A stretch of 64,000 nt of DNA from NCBI GenBank assembly GCA_040755615.1, contig JBFMAL010000009.1, positions 3,155 through 67,154 of the forward strand. The letters run 5' to 3'. Positions 9,782 through 19,188 of this stretch are shown in pieces. Within the stretch, counting starts at the first letter, position 1, and each line of letters opens with the position of its first letter. The DNA is from Bacillota bacterium. GTDB lineage: Bacteria; Bacillota; Sulfobacillia; DUSP01; DYEP01. A program made the position numbers and the translations under genes. Below the pieces are notes generated by a model. The model worked only from the letters and a program-made list of their open reading frames with translations. It had not been told where the DNA came from and ran no database searches.

Positions 9782-10888
9782 TTACCTGGGTTCCAATTCT
9801 TCTTCTCTGAACGTGGACAACGGCAGAGGATCGTCCAGGCTCCGCCCAGGCACATAGTTCCAGATGGCCTGAATCCGCTCGCTTGCAGCCGCAAACAGCG
9901 TGGCCAAAGGCAAGTCCGCCGGGCAGGCGCTCTCGCACATGCCGCAGTTCACGCAGGATGTGCCCATGTGGTTCAGCCTCGTCAGATGAAACAGCAGGGT
10001 ATCTGTGGGCATCTCGATAAGTCCCTTCCGGCTCGCCCACCTGACATAGCTTGAGGACTCGTGGTCGAAGATCCTCCCGTCGAACACGCACTCCTTGCAG
10101 TAGCAGATAGGGCATGCCCTGCGGCAGTTACCGCATTTTAGGCACATGGCCATCTCGGCCATAAGAGCGGGGAGGTCCGGCACCGCCTGCCTCCACTGGG
10201 AGAACCGGGTTTTCCTCGCATCCTCTCTGCGCGTGCGGAGTGCCGCCAGCGCCTTGGCTCTCTCGCCCGCCTCGCCCGCAGAAAGCCCGAGCGCTCCCGC
10301 TATTTCATCTGCCAGCTCGTGCTTTATCTCCACTACCAGCTGGTCGGGCGATGTGCCGACAACACCGATGTTCGCGGCGACGTTGCCTGATACCGCCTCC
10401 ACGCACACCTCGCACGCGGACCGAACGCCAGAAGCGGCGCCGGACCTCATCGAGGCGACCCAGTCCTCCGAAAGGTCTTTCAGCCCGGAGCCGGAAAGCC
10501 TGGCCCTGAAGACCTCGGGGTCCAGCGTGCCGAGGCAGTCCACTCCAATGAGTAAGAGCCTTGAAAGGTCGACCTGCTTCAGCTTGACCAATTCGTAGGC
10601 CGCCCGTACCTCACAAGGCCTGCACACGGCAGCGATCCGCGCTTTTGGGTCCTTGAACGTCAAGTGCCCGAGTACCTTGGCCTGGCTGACGAGCACAAGC
10701 GGTGCGAAGGGGTCTGGCGCGACCAGTTTTTCGGGGTCGCGGACGAGCGTAGAGACCACGCTTCTGCCGGAGGAGGTTTCCTGCGGCACCAGGACCAGGT
10801 CGACCACGCCGGCTGTGAGGAGCCCGCGAAAGAAACCCCTTACGGTCCCCCAAAAGTCCCCCTGAGTGTTCAAAACAAAGCTCTTCAT
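9782..10888 (-). CDS. FrhB/FdhB-family Fe-S flavoprotein (F420-hydrogenase beta-subunit-like)
   Basis: N-terminal FrhB-like domain, C-terminal CLKCGNCRRACPICYCKEC and CVNCGMCESACP motifs. AGCGAGGT RBS before ATG at 10888 (track ORF starts with GTG at 10924). Confidence 0.55.
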   Translation of the reverse strand: MKSFVLNTQGDFWGTVRGFFRGLLTAGVVDLVLVPQETSSGRSVVSTLVRDPEKLVAPDPFAPLVLVSQAKVLGHLTFKDPKARIAAVCRPCEVRAAYELVKLKQVDLSRLLLIGVDCLGTLDPEVFRARLSGSGLKDLSEDWVASMRSGAASGVRSACEVCVEAVSGNVAANIGVVGTSPDQLVVEIKHELADEIAGALGLSAGEAGERAKALAALRTRREDARKTRFSQWRQAVPDLPALMAEMAMCLKCGNCRRACPICYCKECVFDGRIFDHESSSYVRWASRKGLIEMPTDTLLFHLTRLNHMGTSCVNCGMCESACPADLPLATLFAAASERIQAIWNYVPGRSLDDPLPLSTFREEELEPR

Positions 10889-10911
10889 GGTGTCTACCTC
10901 GCTTTGAGCCA

Positions 10912-11358
10912 TCAGATTTCCCACTGTGCCTTCATGGGATTGGGGCCAAGTTGCTTGAGAGTTGCCACCATCTTTGTCACCGTATCCGCGAACAGCTTGC
11001 CTTCGCTGGCCGAGATAAACCGGAACCAGACCCGGTCCCCGGGAATGCCGAACTGCGAAAGCACGTTCTTGGCAATGGCCACACGGCGTCGTGCCTTGTA
11101 GTTACCGTTGACGTAATGGCAGTCTCCCGCGTGGCACCCGCCCACCAGCACCCCGTCGGCGCCTTCCAGTATGGGTTTTATGATGTACAGGGGATCGACC
11201 GACCCGCTGCACATCACCCTGATCACCCTGATGTTGGGCGGGTACTGGATCCGGGAGGTACCCGCAAGGTCCGCGCCTGTGTAGGTACACCAGTTGCACA
11301 GAAGGGCGATAATCTTCGGCTCAAAATCTGAAGCTGTCTTTTGTGCCGGAACGCTCAT
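10912..11358 (-). CDS. mvhD: MvhD-type hydrogenase iron-sulfur subunit (methyl-viologen-reducing hydrogenase delta-subunit family)
   Basis: KIIALLCNWCTYTGADLAG ... CSGSVDP ... GCHAGDCHY signature of MvhD/FlpD. 4-nt overlap with the downstream hdrL. Confidence 0.75.
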   Translation of the reverse strand: MSVPAQKTASDFEPKIIALLCNWCTYTGADLAGTSRIQYPPNIRVIRVMCSGSVDPLYIIKPILEGADGVLVGGCHAGDCHYVNGNYKARRRVAIAKNVLSQFGIPGDRVWFRFISASEGKLFADTVTKMVATLKQLGPNPMKAQWEI

Positions 11359-14300
11359 TCCCGAATCACCTCCGTTATCCCGTCTGAAAGCGCTTCGTCC
11401 AGCATGGCCATGATCTGCGACTTGTCAAACCCCCGCTGGACCGACGCGCCATTTGGACAGGCGGCCACGCACGCGCCGCAGCCCTGGCACAGCACTTCTC
11501 TCACCGCCGCCACGTTTCTTTCCTCGTCGATGCACCTCGCCTCGTACGGACAGGCGGAGACACACACGCCGCACGCGGAGCAGATGCGCTCCCTGACCGC
11601 GGCGATGGTCGCTTCCGATTCGATCCTATCCTTGGACAGCAGCGTCACCGCCCTGATGGCTGCGGCCTTGGCCTGCGCTACCGACTCGGGGGCGAGCTTC
11701 GGCGAGTGGGCGAGCCCGGCCAAGTAGATGCCGTCTGCCGCGAAGTCCACAGGACGCAGCTTCATGTGGGCCTCCGAAAAGAAACCGTCCTGGTTCAGGG
11801 GCAGCTTAAACACCCGGGCCAGGTGCTCGTTGGCCCCGGCAGCTACGCCCGTAGACAGCACCAGGTATTCCACCGAAAGCCTGACCTCCCGCCCGATGGC
11901 CGGGTCCTGAGCGGTCAGGACCACCCCGTCATCGCGCGGTGACACTCGCGGTTTTTCGTCCGGGTCATACCTTATAAACAGCACCCCCGCCTCTCTTGCC
12001 TGCCTGTAGTACTTCTCCCTGAAGCCGTAGGTGCGCATGTCCCTATAGAACACGTACACCTTAGCATCAGGCCTCTTTGACTTTATATAAAGTGCGTTCT
12101 TCACCGCGTTGGTGCAGCAGATCCTGCTGCAGTACGGGTGGTCGTCATCGCGCGAGCCCACGCACTGGATCATGGCGACGGACTGTGGCACAAATCCTTT
12201 CGCCAGCATCTCCTCCAGCTCGCGTTGGGTAATCACGCGGTCGCTTTCGCCATAGCCGTACTCTTTGGGCGTCATCTCCGTCGCCCCGGTGGCGATAACC
12301 ACCGCTCCGTGCCTCACCTCGAGCGTTTCGTGCACCGAGCGCAGAGTGGTCTTGTAGTTGCCCTTGTAGCCCACGGAGTCTGCCACCTCGGTGCTGGTAT
12401 ATACCCGGATGTCTGGGCACGACATCACCGCACCGATCAGCTCCTCAAGGTACGCCCCGGGATTCTCGCCCGACAGGGCGATCTTCACGTGCCTGTAGTT
12501 GCCGCCGAGCTCGGCCTCCTTCTCCACCAGATGTACCGAAAAGCCCTGCCTGGCGAGGGAGAGCGCGGCCGTCATGCCTGTTATCCCTCCTCCCACCACA
12601 AGCGCCGTATGCTCGATCTCGGAGAACACGGTGTAAAGGGGTTCAAGCAACCTGGCCTTCGCCACAGCCATGGACACGAGCGTCTTTGCCTTGGCCGTCG
12701 CTTCGACCGGGTAATCCCTGTGTACCCAAGAGGAATGCTCTCTGATGCTGGCGAGCTCAAAGAGGAACATATTGAGTCCCGCCTCGCGCAGTGTATCCCG
12801 GAACAGCGCTTCATGGGTCCGCGGCGTGCAGGATGCAACCACTACGCGGTTTAAGCCGTACTCTTTGATGCGCTCTTTGATCTTCTCGATGCTGTCCTGA
12901 GCGCACGCGTACAAAAACTCGTCTGCGTGTACCACGCCAGGTATGGCGCAGGCGTGCGCCACCACCTCGGGTACGTTCACCACCGAACCGATGTTGCGCC
13001 CGCAGTGGCACACGAATACGCCCACCCGCGGTTCCTGGCCACGGACCTCGCGCTCCGACGGATAGCGTTTCACCCGGGTCAGCGTGTGCCTCACCCCGCT
13101 CAAAAGTTCGGATGCGCACGCCGCCGCTGCGGAGGCCTCGGTCACCGTCTCGGGTATGTCCTTCGGACCGGAGAACGCCCCGGATACGAACACGCCGGGC
13201 CGGCTTGACGCGACAGGCAGCAGCGGATCGGTCACGGGGAAGCCGTGCTCGTCCAGCAGTATCCCCGCGCTGGATGCTACCTGCTGGGCATCCGCGGCCG
13301 GCAAAAAGCCCACAGACAGCACCACCAGGTCGAACTCCTCCGTGCGGAACCCGCTTTCAGTGTGGTACCTGAGCCTCAGGTTGCCGCTTGGGTTCACTTC
13401 CTTCACCGAACTCACCATGGCACGCACGTAGCGCACCCCGTACTCCTCTTTCGCTCGCTCGTAGTACCGCTCGAAGTCCTTGCCGAAGGCGCGTACGTCC
13501 ATGTAAAAGATGGTGGTCTCGACCCCGGGCAGGTGTTCCTTGGCGATGACAGCTTCTTTCGTGGCGTGCATGCAGCATACCGCCGAGCAGTAATCGCTGG
13601 CGTGCGCACAATCGCGCGAACCCACGCACTGGATAAACGCGATCCGCTTCGGTTCTTTGTGATCGGACGGCCTCACCACGTGGCCCTGGTACGGACCCGA
13701 GGCGGACAGCATCCTCTCAAACTGGATGCTCGAGATCACGTTGGGAACCTGCCCAAACCCGTACTCGCCCTTCTTCGCCGCATCAAACAACGAAAACCCC
13801 GGCGAGAGGATCACTGACCCGACTGTGAGTTCGACTACCTCGTCGGTCATCCGGTGGTCGATGGCACCAGGACCGCACACTTTTTCGCACTCCAGGCATT
13901 CGCAGCACGCGCCGCAGGCAAGGCACCTTGACGCCTCCTCCCTGGCCGTCGCATCATCCAGCGCGAATTCCACTTCTTTGAAATCCTGCCGCCTGTCCCC
14001 AGCCGGCCGGCACATGACTTTCGCTCTCTTTTTCTTTGTGGCAGACAGCGCTTCATACGGGGCGATTTCTTCCTCCGGCACGCGCAGCGTCCTTCCCTCG
14101 CGCAGGTCCTCGCCATCCAAAAAACGCACGATGGACTCGGCGGCCCTCTTTCCCGCAGCCACCGCTTGGATCAGAAGGCCCGGCCCCGACACCGCGTCGC
14201 CCCCCGCGAATACGCCGGGAATGGACGTCTCGAGTGTCAACGGATCCGCAGCGATGGTGCCGCCTGAGAGCCTCAGCTCGTCGAGCCCTTTCGTGTCTGT

Positions 14301-15797
14301 AGCCTGCCCCACCGCCAGTATGACGGTATCCACATCCAGGTAGAACTCGGAGCCCTTCACCGGCACCGGACGCCTGCGGCCGGATGCATCCGGCTCGCCC
14401 AGTTCGTTTCTGAGGCATTCCATCCGGGCAAGCCTGCCGGATGCCCCGAGCTTCCCCGTGCCCAGAAACGCCTGTGGCGAAGTAAGCATCAAGAACCGCA
14501 CGCCCTCCTCCTTCGCCTGCTCGATCTCTTCCGGGAGCGCGGTGATCTCCTGCTCGGTGCGCCTGTAAACCACGGTCACCTCGGAGGCGCCAAGCCGCAC
14601 CGCTGTCCGGGCGGCATCCATTGCAGTGTTGCCGCCACCCACCACCGCCACCCGGGCACCGAGGGTCACCGTCTGCCCCAGTGAGACCTTTCTCAAAAAC
14701 TCCACACCGTCGATAACCCCGGGCAGATCCTCGCCCGGCACGCCCAGCCGCCGGCCGCGGTGGGCACCCACAGCCACATATACCGCCGAGAAGCCCTTTT
14801 CAAATAGGGATTTTATACTGAAGTCCTTCCCGAGCGCCTGACCCGTGCGTATATCCACCCCCAGGGAGCGGATCACGTCGATCTCTTTTTGCACAACATC
14901 CCGGGGCAGGCGGTAGGACGGGATGCCCACCACCATCATGCCGCCGGGCACGGGGAGTTTTTCAAACACCGTCACCGATATCCCTTTTCTTGCCAGGTGG
15001 TACGCGCACGACAGCCCGGCCGGTCCCGCGCCCACCACCGCCACTTTCTCGGGCCTGGGCGTTGGGGCAACAAGCTGTGGGCCGCCCTCCAACCACACCG
15101 TGTCTGCTATGGTACGCTTTAGCGCCATAATGGAAACGGGCGCATCCAAGCGGCCTCTGTGACACGCGGCCTCGCACGGGTGCTGGCACACCCGACCGCA
15201 TACCGATGGGAAGGGTAGGTCGCGGTAGATCACGTCCAGCGCCTCGCGGTACTTGCCCTGTGCCAGCAGCGCCACGTATGCCTGTGCATTGACTCCCGCC
15301 GGGCATGCCGCCCTGCACGGAGGTATGCCGCGTTTTTCCACCGCGTACGCGTTGGGAGTTGCCTGCGGGTACATCTTGTATATGGCTTTCCTCGTGCCGA
15401 GTGCGCCGTCAAACTCGCTCGACCTGTCTATGGGGCAGGCCCTGGCGCAGTCACCGCACGAGGTACACTTCTTCAAATCCACATACCGGGCTTTCTTGGA
15501 AAGCCGCACGCTGAACGCCCCGGGCTCGCCTTCTACAGAGAGCAGCGTGGCGCCGGGGATGATCTCAACATTCAAGTGCCTTCCAGTATCCACCAGCTTG
15601 GGCGACATGATGCACATGGCGCAATCGTTGGTGGGGAACGTCTTATCCAGGCGGGCCATGGTGCCGCCGATGGCGGGCGCGCTGTCGGCCAGGTACACCC
15701 TGAGCCCCGCCTCAGCCAAGTCCAGCGCCGATTGCATGCCGCTGATCCCGCCGCCCAGCACGAGCACGGCCCCGCTCTTCCGCGCGCTGTCCATCAT
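11355..15797 (-). CDS. hdrL: giant HdrA-like multi-domain flavoprotein (HdrL-type). Domain order: HdrA FAD domain + ferredoxin, NfnB/GltD-like NAD(P)H domain, then a complete HdrA
   Basis: Three Rossmann GxGxxG sites (VLGGGISGMQSA, VAVVGAGPAGLSCA, VVGGGITGMTAA). GltD/NfnB N-terminal Fe-S region (CRAACPAGV...CGRVCQHPCEAAC). HdrA N-terminal Cys motif (VFVCHCGRNIG) in the middle. Multiple CxxCxxCxxxCP ferredoxin motifs. 1480 aa. Confidence 0.8.
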   Translation of the reverse strand: MMDSARKSGAVLVLGGGISGMQSALDLAEAGLRVYLADSAPAIGGTMARLDKTFPTNDCAMCIMSPKLVDTGRHLNVEIIPGATLLSVEGEPGAFSVRLSKKARYVDLKKCTSCGDCARACPIDRSSEFDGALGTRKAIYKMYPQATPNAYAVEKRGIPPCRAACPAGVNAQAYVALLAQGKYREALDVIYRDLPFPSVCGRVCQHPCEAACHRGRLDAPVSIMALKRTIADTVWLEGGPQLVAPTPRPEKVAVVGAGPAGLSCAYHLARKGISVTVFEKLPVPGGMMVVGIPSYRLPRDVVQKEIDVIRSLGVDIRTGQALGKDFSIKSLFEKGFSAVYVAVGAHRGRRLGVPGEDLPGVIDGVEFLRKVSLGQTVTLGARVAVVGGGNTAMDAARTAVRLGASEVTVVYRRTEQEITALPEEIEQAKEEGVRFLMLTSPQAFLGTGKLGASGRLARMECLRNELGEPDASGRRRPVPVKGSEFYLDVDTVILAVGQATDTKGLDELRLSGGTIAADPLTLETSIPGVFAGGDAVSGPGLLIQAVAAGKRAAESIVRFLDGEDLREGRTLRVPEEEIAPYEALSATKKKRAKVMCRPAGDRRQDFKEVEFALDDATAREEASRCLACGACCECLECEKVCGPGAIDHRMTDEVVELTVGSVILSPGFSLFDAAKKGEYGFGQVPNVISSIQFERMLSASGPYQGHVVRPSDHKEPKRIAFIQCVGSRDCAHASDYCSAVCCMHATKEAVIAKEHLPGVETTIFYMDVRAFGKDFERYYERAKEEYGVRYVRAMVSSVKEVNPSGNLRLRYHTESGFRTEEFDLVVLSVGFLPAADAQQVASSAGILLDEHGFPVTDPLLPVASSRPGVFVSGAFSGPKDIPETVTEASAAAACASELLSGVRHTLTRVKRYPSEREVRGQEPRVGVFVCHCGRNIGSVVNVPEVVAHACAIPGVVHADEFLYACAQDSIEKIKERIKEYGLNRVVVASCTPRTHEALFRDTLREAGLNMFLFELASIREHSSWVHRDYPVEATAKAKTLVSMAVAKARLLEPLYTVFSEIEHTALVVGGGITGMTAALSLARQGFSVHLVEKEAELGGNYRHVKIALSGENPGAYLEELIGAVMSCPDIRVYTSTEVADSVGYKGNYKTTLRSVHETLEVRHGAVVIATGATEMTPKEYGYGESDRVITQRELEEMLAKGFVPQSVAMIQCVGSRDDDHPYCSRICCTNAVKNALYIKSKRPDAKVYVFYRDMRTYGFREKYYRQAREAGVLFIRYDPDEKPRVSPRDDGVVLTAQDPAIGREVRLSVEYLVLSTGVAAGANEHLARVFKLPLNQDGFFSEAHMKLRPVDFAADGIYLAGLAHSPKLAPESVAQAKAAAIRAVTLLSKDRIESEATIAAVRERICSACGVCVSACPYEARCIDEERNVAAVREVLCQGCGACVAACPNGASVQRGFDKSQIMAMLDEALSDGITEVIRE

Positions 15798-16651
15798 GCT
15801 TCCACCCCCGCCTTCAGCTTCTCAAATACCATCTTCGTGGAGACCAAATGGCGGGCGAGCCACCGCCGAGTCCCATGAAGACCCAGCGCCACTCCCATGA
15901 GTTCGGTGAAATAGAACACGGGAATCCGCTGGCTGGACGACCGCCTCATCTCCAGATTCGCCTGGCAGAGGGGGCATGCTGTGACGATAGCGTCCGCACC
16001 GGCGTCGATGGCGGCCGCTACAATTGGCTTCACCATGGCCACCACCAGCCGGCTGCTGGTCAGCGAGAGGTTGGCCCCGCAGCACTCCGTCCTGTAGGAC
16101 CACCTGACGCACGATGCGCCGAGCGCCTCCATAATGTCTTCCATCATCCGCGGGTTTTCCGGATCGGCGACCCCAGTCACCTCGGCAGGCCGCAGCAGCA
16201 GGCACCCGTAATAGCAGGCGAGCTTCAGCTTGAGCGGTTGCTTCACCTTCCGCTCGATGGCGGCTGCCGTGATGCGCCTGTGCATGAACTCAAGCAAGTT
16301 TTCCACTTCCGGTACGCGCGAAAAGCGATAATCCAAGGCATGTTCACTCATCTGCCTTATGCTGTCTCGGCGCCTGATGTGGTGCGCAGCCTTCTTCAGT
16401 CTACTGTAGCACGCCGCGCAGGGCGCCACCACCAGGTCCGCCCCTTCAGCGTCCGCCTGCGCCAGGTTCCTCGCGGCCAGCGCGATCCCCAGCTGGCCGT
16501 TGGTGCTGTGCGCTGATGTGGCGCCGCAGCAGTTCCAGTCTGACACCTCGGGTATATCCAGTTCAAACGCGGAAAACACCGCCTTTGTACTTTCATCATA
16601 TTCCTTCGCCGTGGAATGCAGCGAGCAGCCGGGATAATACTTGACGTTCAA
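15794..16651 (-). CDS. hdrB: heterodisulfide reductase subunit B-like (two CCG domains)
   Basis: CCG domain motifs (YYPGC...WNCCGA, CYYGC...ECCGA, ACPLCQANL). Confidence 0.85.
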   Translation of the reverse strand: MNVKYYPGCSLHSTAKEYDESTKAVFSAFELDIPEVSDWNCCGATSAHSTNGQLGIALAARNLAQADAEGADLVVAPCAACYSRLKKAAHHIRRRDSIRQMSEHALDYRFSRVPEVENLLEFMHRRITAAAIERKVKQPLKLKLACYYGCLLLRPAEVTGVADPENPRMMEDIMEALGASCVRWSYRTECCGANLSLTSSRLVVAMVKPIVAAAIDAGADAIVTACPLCQANLEMRRSSSQRIPVFYFTELMGVALGLHGTRRWLARHLVSTKMVFEKLKAGVEA

Positions 16652-17220
16652 CTTGTGCCCCCCCTCCTTCTGCTGGTACGCGAAAAGATCTGCCTCACCT
16701 GTTCTCTGCCCCGGAGCCGCGGGGGTAAGATGGCGAGTTTGCCCTTTAGAAACATCTTTGCGCCCACCAGGAGATCGTTTAGAAGCTGCCCCGACATCAG
16801 CTTGTACTTCCCGAGCAGGAGTACCTCATGCATACGGCCCTGGCTTTTAACGGTATCAAGGAAGATCCTGTGGAACAGCACGATCCGCTTGCCGCGCGCG
16901 ATGCCCCTCGACAGCGCCATCTCGCGGCACACGTCCATAACTTCCGCCATGTTGATACCGTTCGGACACCTTGCGCCACAGGTCTCGCAGCTCGAACACA
17001 GCCAGATGCTCTCTGAGCGGAGCACCAAGTCGCTTGCGCCGTACTGGATGTACCTCACGATCTGGTTGGGGTGAAGGTCCATGAACTCAGCCGCGGGGCA
17101 CCCCGAACTGCACTTTTCGCATTGGTAACACAGATCGAGGGGCTGACCGGACGCCTGTTTCACTCGCTCAAGAAAGTCTGCATCGAGCGTCAGCGTCCCT
17201 GACTTGTCCAACAGCTGCAC
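16648..17220 (-). CDS. hdrC: heterodisulfide reductase subunit C-like (2x[4Fe-4S])
   Basis: CYQCEKCSSGCP and CSSCETCGARCP motifs. 4-nt overlap with hdrB. Confidence 0.8.
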   Translation of the reverse strand: MQLLDKSGTLTLDADFLERVKQASGQPLDLCYQCEKCSSGCPAAEFMDLHPNQIVRYIQYGASDLVLRSESIWLCSSCETCGARCPNGINMAEVMDVCREMALSRGIARGKRIVLFHRIFLDTVKSQGRMHEVLLLGKYKLMSGQLLNDLLVGAKMFLKGKLAILPPRLRGREQVRQIFSRTSRRRGGTS

Positions 17221-17235
17221 TGGGATCCCCCCTTT

Positions 17236-19185
17236 CTAGAGCATGGCATCGATCATAGACAGGAGTTGCGGCTTGGTGAGATTCCTGTGTTTTGTCGCCC
17301 CGCTCGGGCACGCAGCTGCACAGCCGCCGCAGCCCTGGCAGAGCACCTCGAATACCGTTGCGACGCGCGTGTGTTCATCTACTGCCCTTGCGCCGTATGG
17401 GCACGCCTCCACACATATCCCACACCCCACGCAGATGTCCGGGTCCACCTCTACTACTGTGGGCGGATGCTGCAGTTCTTCGCCTGAAAACAGCGTGAGC
17501 ACCTTTGAGGCCGCGGAGCCTGCCTGCGCTACGCTATCGGGTATGTCCTTGGGCGCCTGGGCGCACCCTGTGAGGTAGATGCCTCGCGTCAGGCTCTCCA
17601 CAGGCCGGAGCTTGGGGTGCGCCTCCTGGAAGAACCCGTAGGCGTCCGTACCCAGACGCAGCACCTGCGCCAGTTCCCTGGCATCATGGCGCGGAACGAT
17701 GGCAGTAGCCAACACCACCAAGTCCGCGGCGATGCGCACGTTCTCGCAAGAGAGCGTGTCTGTACCCCACACCATGACCTTGTCCCCTTCCTGGAACACG
17801 CGGGATACGCGGCCGCGGAGGTAGAGCAGGCCGTCTTGCTCCACGCCCCTCTGGATGAACTCCTCGTAGCCCTTGCCGGCGGCGCGGATGTCCATGTAAA
17901 AAAGGTAGGCCTGCCCGTCGTGCACTTTGTGCTTGTACAGCATGGCGTGCTTTGCCGAGTACATGCAGCAGATCTTGGAGCAATATGGCATACCTTTCTC
18001 CTGGTCTCTCGACCCCACGCACTGTATGAACACAACCTCCTTCGGGACACGGCCGTCTGACGGACGCCGGATCTCGCCCTGCGTGGGACCTGAAGAGGAG
18101 TTCAGGCGCTCGAATTGAAGCCCATCTATCACATCGGGAATACGGCCGTAGCCATACTCTCCAAAATGCTCCTTCGGCAAAAGGTCGTAGCCCGTGGCCA
18201 CCACGATGGCCCCGACCTGTTCCTCGATGACCCGTTCTTCGTCTTCAAAGTTGATGGCATCCACGGGGCAGACCTTCTTGCACACCCCGCACTTGCCCGA
18301 ATTGAGGTAGATGCAGTGTTCCCTGCTTATGGCGGGTCGATAAGGCACCGCCTGGGGGAACGCCACCCCGATGGCCTTGGTCTTTCCCATGCCCCTGTCA
18401 AACTCGGAGTCCACCTTTTTCGGGCACTTGTTCATGCACTCCATGCAGCCCGTGCACCTGTCCCAGTGCACGTAGGTGGGGTGCACCTTGATCTTCACAT
18501 TGAAATTGCCTACGTAGCCCGACACTTTCACGACCTCGGAATGGGTCATAAGCTGTATGCGCTCGTGCCGCCCTACCTCAGCTGTTTTCGGAGTGAGGAT
18601 GCAGCTGGCGCAATCCAGCGTAGGGAAGGTCTCCGAAAGCTGCGCCATGCGGCCGCCGATGTGGGGCAGCCTTTCGACCAAAACCACCTGGTAGCCCGCG
18701 TCGGCGACCTCCAGCGCCGTCTGCATCCCGCTGATGCCTGCTCCTATCACCAGCGCCTTCTTGGTTACGGACACCGCTATCGGCTTCAGCGATTCATCCC
18801 TCCTGGTCTTCTCTACCACCGACCTCACCAATTCAATCGCCTTTTCGGTGGCTTCCTGCTTATACTGGGAATGGACCCAGCTGTCCTGTTCACGGATATT
18901 GCATATCTCAAGTCTGTACGGGTTGAGCCCCGCCGCCTGTGCCGCCAGCCTGAACGTGGTCTCGTGCATGTTAGGCGAACACGCCGCTACAACCACCCCG
19001 TCAAGCTGCTTTTCGGCTATGGCTTGTTTGATGAGCGCCTGGCCCGGGTCTGAACACATATATTTATAGTCTTCAGCGTGGACGACTCCTGGGTATTGCG
19101 AGATCTCCTCTACCACGGCTTTCACATCCACCGTGCCCGCGATGTTGTACCCGCACCAGCAGACAAAGACTCCGATCCTTCGCAT
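17236..19185 (-). CDS. hdrA: heterodisulfide reductase subunit A (canonical ~650-aa HdrA)
   Basis: N-terminal Cys domain (VFVCWCGYNIAG), FAD site VIGAGISGMQTA, inserted and C-terminal ferredoxin motifs (CTGCMECMNKCP, CGVCKKVCP, CVGCGICVEACP, CQGCGGCAAACP). Confidence 0.85.
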   Translation of the reverse strand: MRRIGVFVCWCGYNIAGTVDVKAVVEEISQYPGVVHAEDYKYMCSDPGQALIKQAIAEKQLDGVVVAACSPNMHETTFRLAAQAAGLNPYRLEICNIREQDSWVHSQYKQEATEKAIELVRSVVEKTRRDESLKPIAVSVTKKALVIGAGISGMQTALEVADAGYQVVLVERLPHIGGRMAQLSETFPTLDCASCILTPKTAEVGRHERIQLMTHSEVVKVSGYVGNFNVKIKVHPTYVHWDRCTGCMECMNKCPKKVDSEFDRGMGKTKAIGVAFPQAVPYRPAISREHCIYLNSGKCGVCKKVCPVDAINFEDEERVIEEQVGAIVVATGYDLLPKEHFGEYGYGRIPDVIDGLQFERLNSSSGPTQGEIRRPSDGRVPKEVVFIQCVGSRDQEKGMPYCSKICCMYSAKHAMLYKHKVHDGQAYLFYMDIRAAGKGYEEFIQRGVEQDGLLYLRGRVSRVFQEGDKVMVWGTDTLSCENVRIAADLVVLATAIVPRHDARELAQVLRLGTDAYGFFQEAHPKLRPVESLTRGIYLTGCAQAPKDIPDSVAQAGSAASKVLTLFSGEELQHPPTVVEVDPDICVGCGICVEACPYGARAVDEHTRVATVFEVLCQGCGGCAAACPSGATKHRNLTKPQLLSMIDAML

Positions 19186-19188
19186 GAG

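Noticed and set aside
12138-13817. Long antisense/alternate-frame ORFs inside hdrL (e.g. 12138-12854 +, 13245-13817 +) and many similar 60-300-aa ORFs opposite other genes
   Set aside because: Typical high-GC open-frame artefacts. Translations are Arg/Pro/Gly/Ala-rich low-complexity with no motifs, and they fully overlap strongly supported genes on the other strand.
17236-19185. Possible selenocysteine (in-frame TGA) in HdrA/MvhD as seen in some methanogens and sulfate reducers
   Set aside because: All hdrA, hdrL and mvhD ORFs are continuous with Cys at the relevant motif positions. No in-frame TGA requiring recoding.
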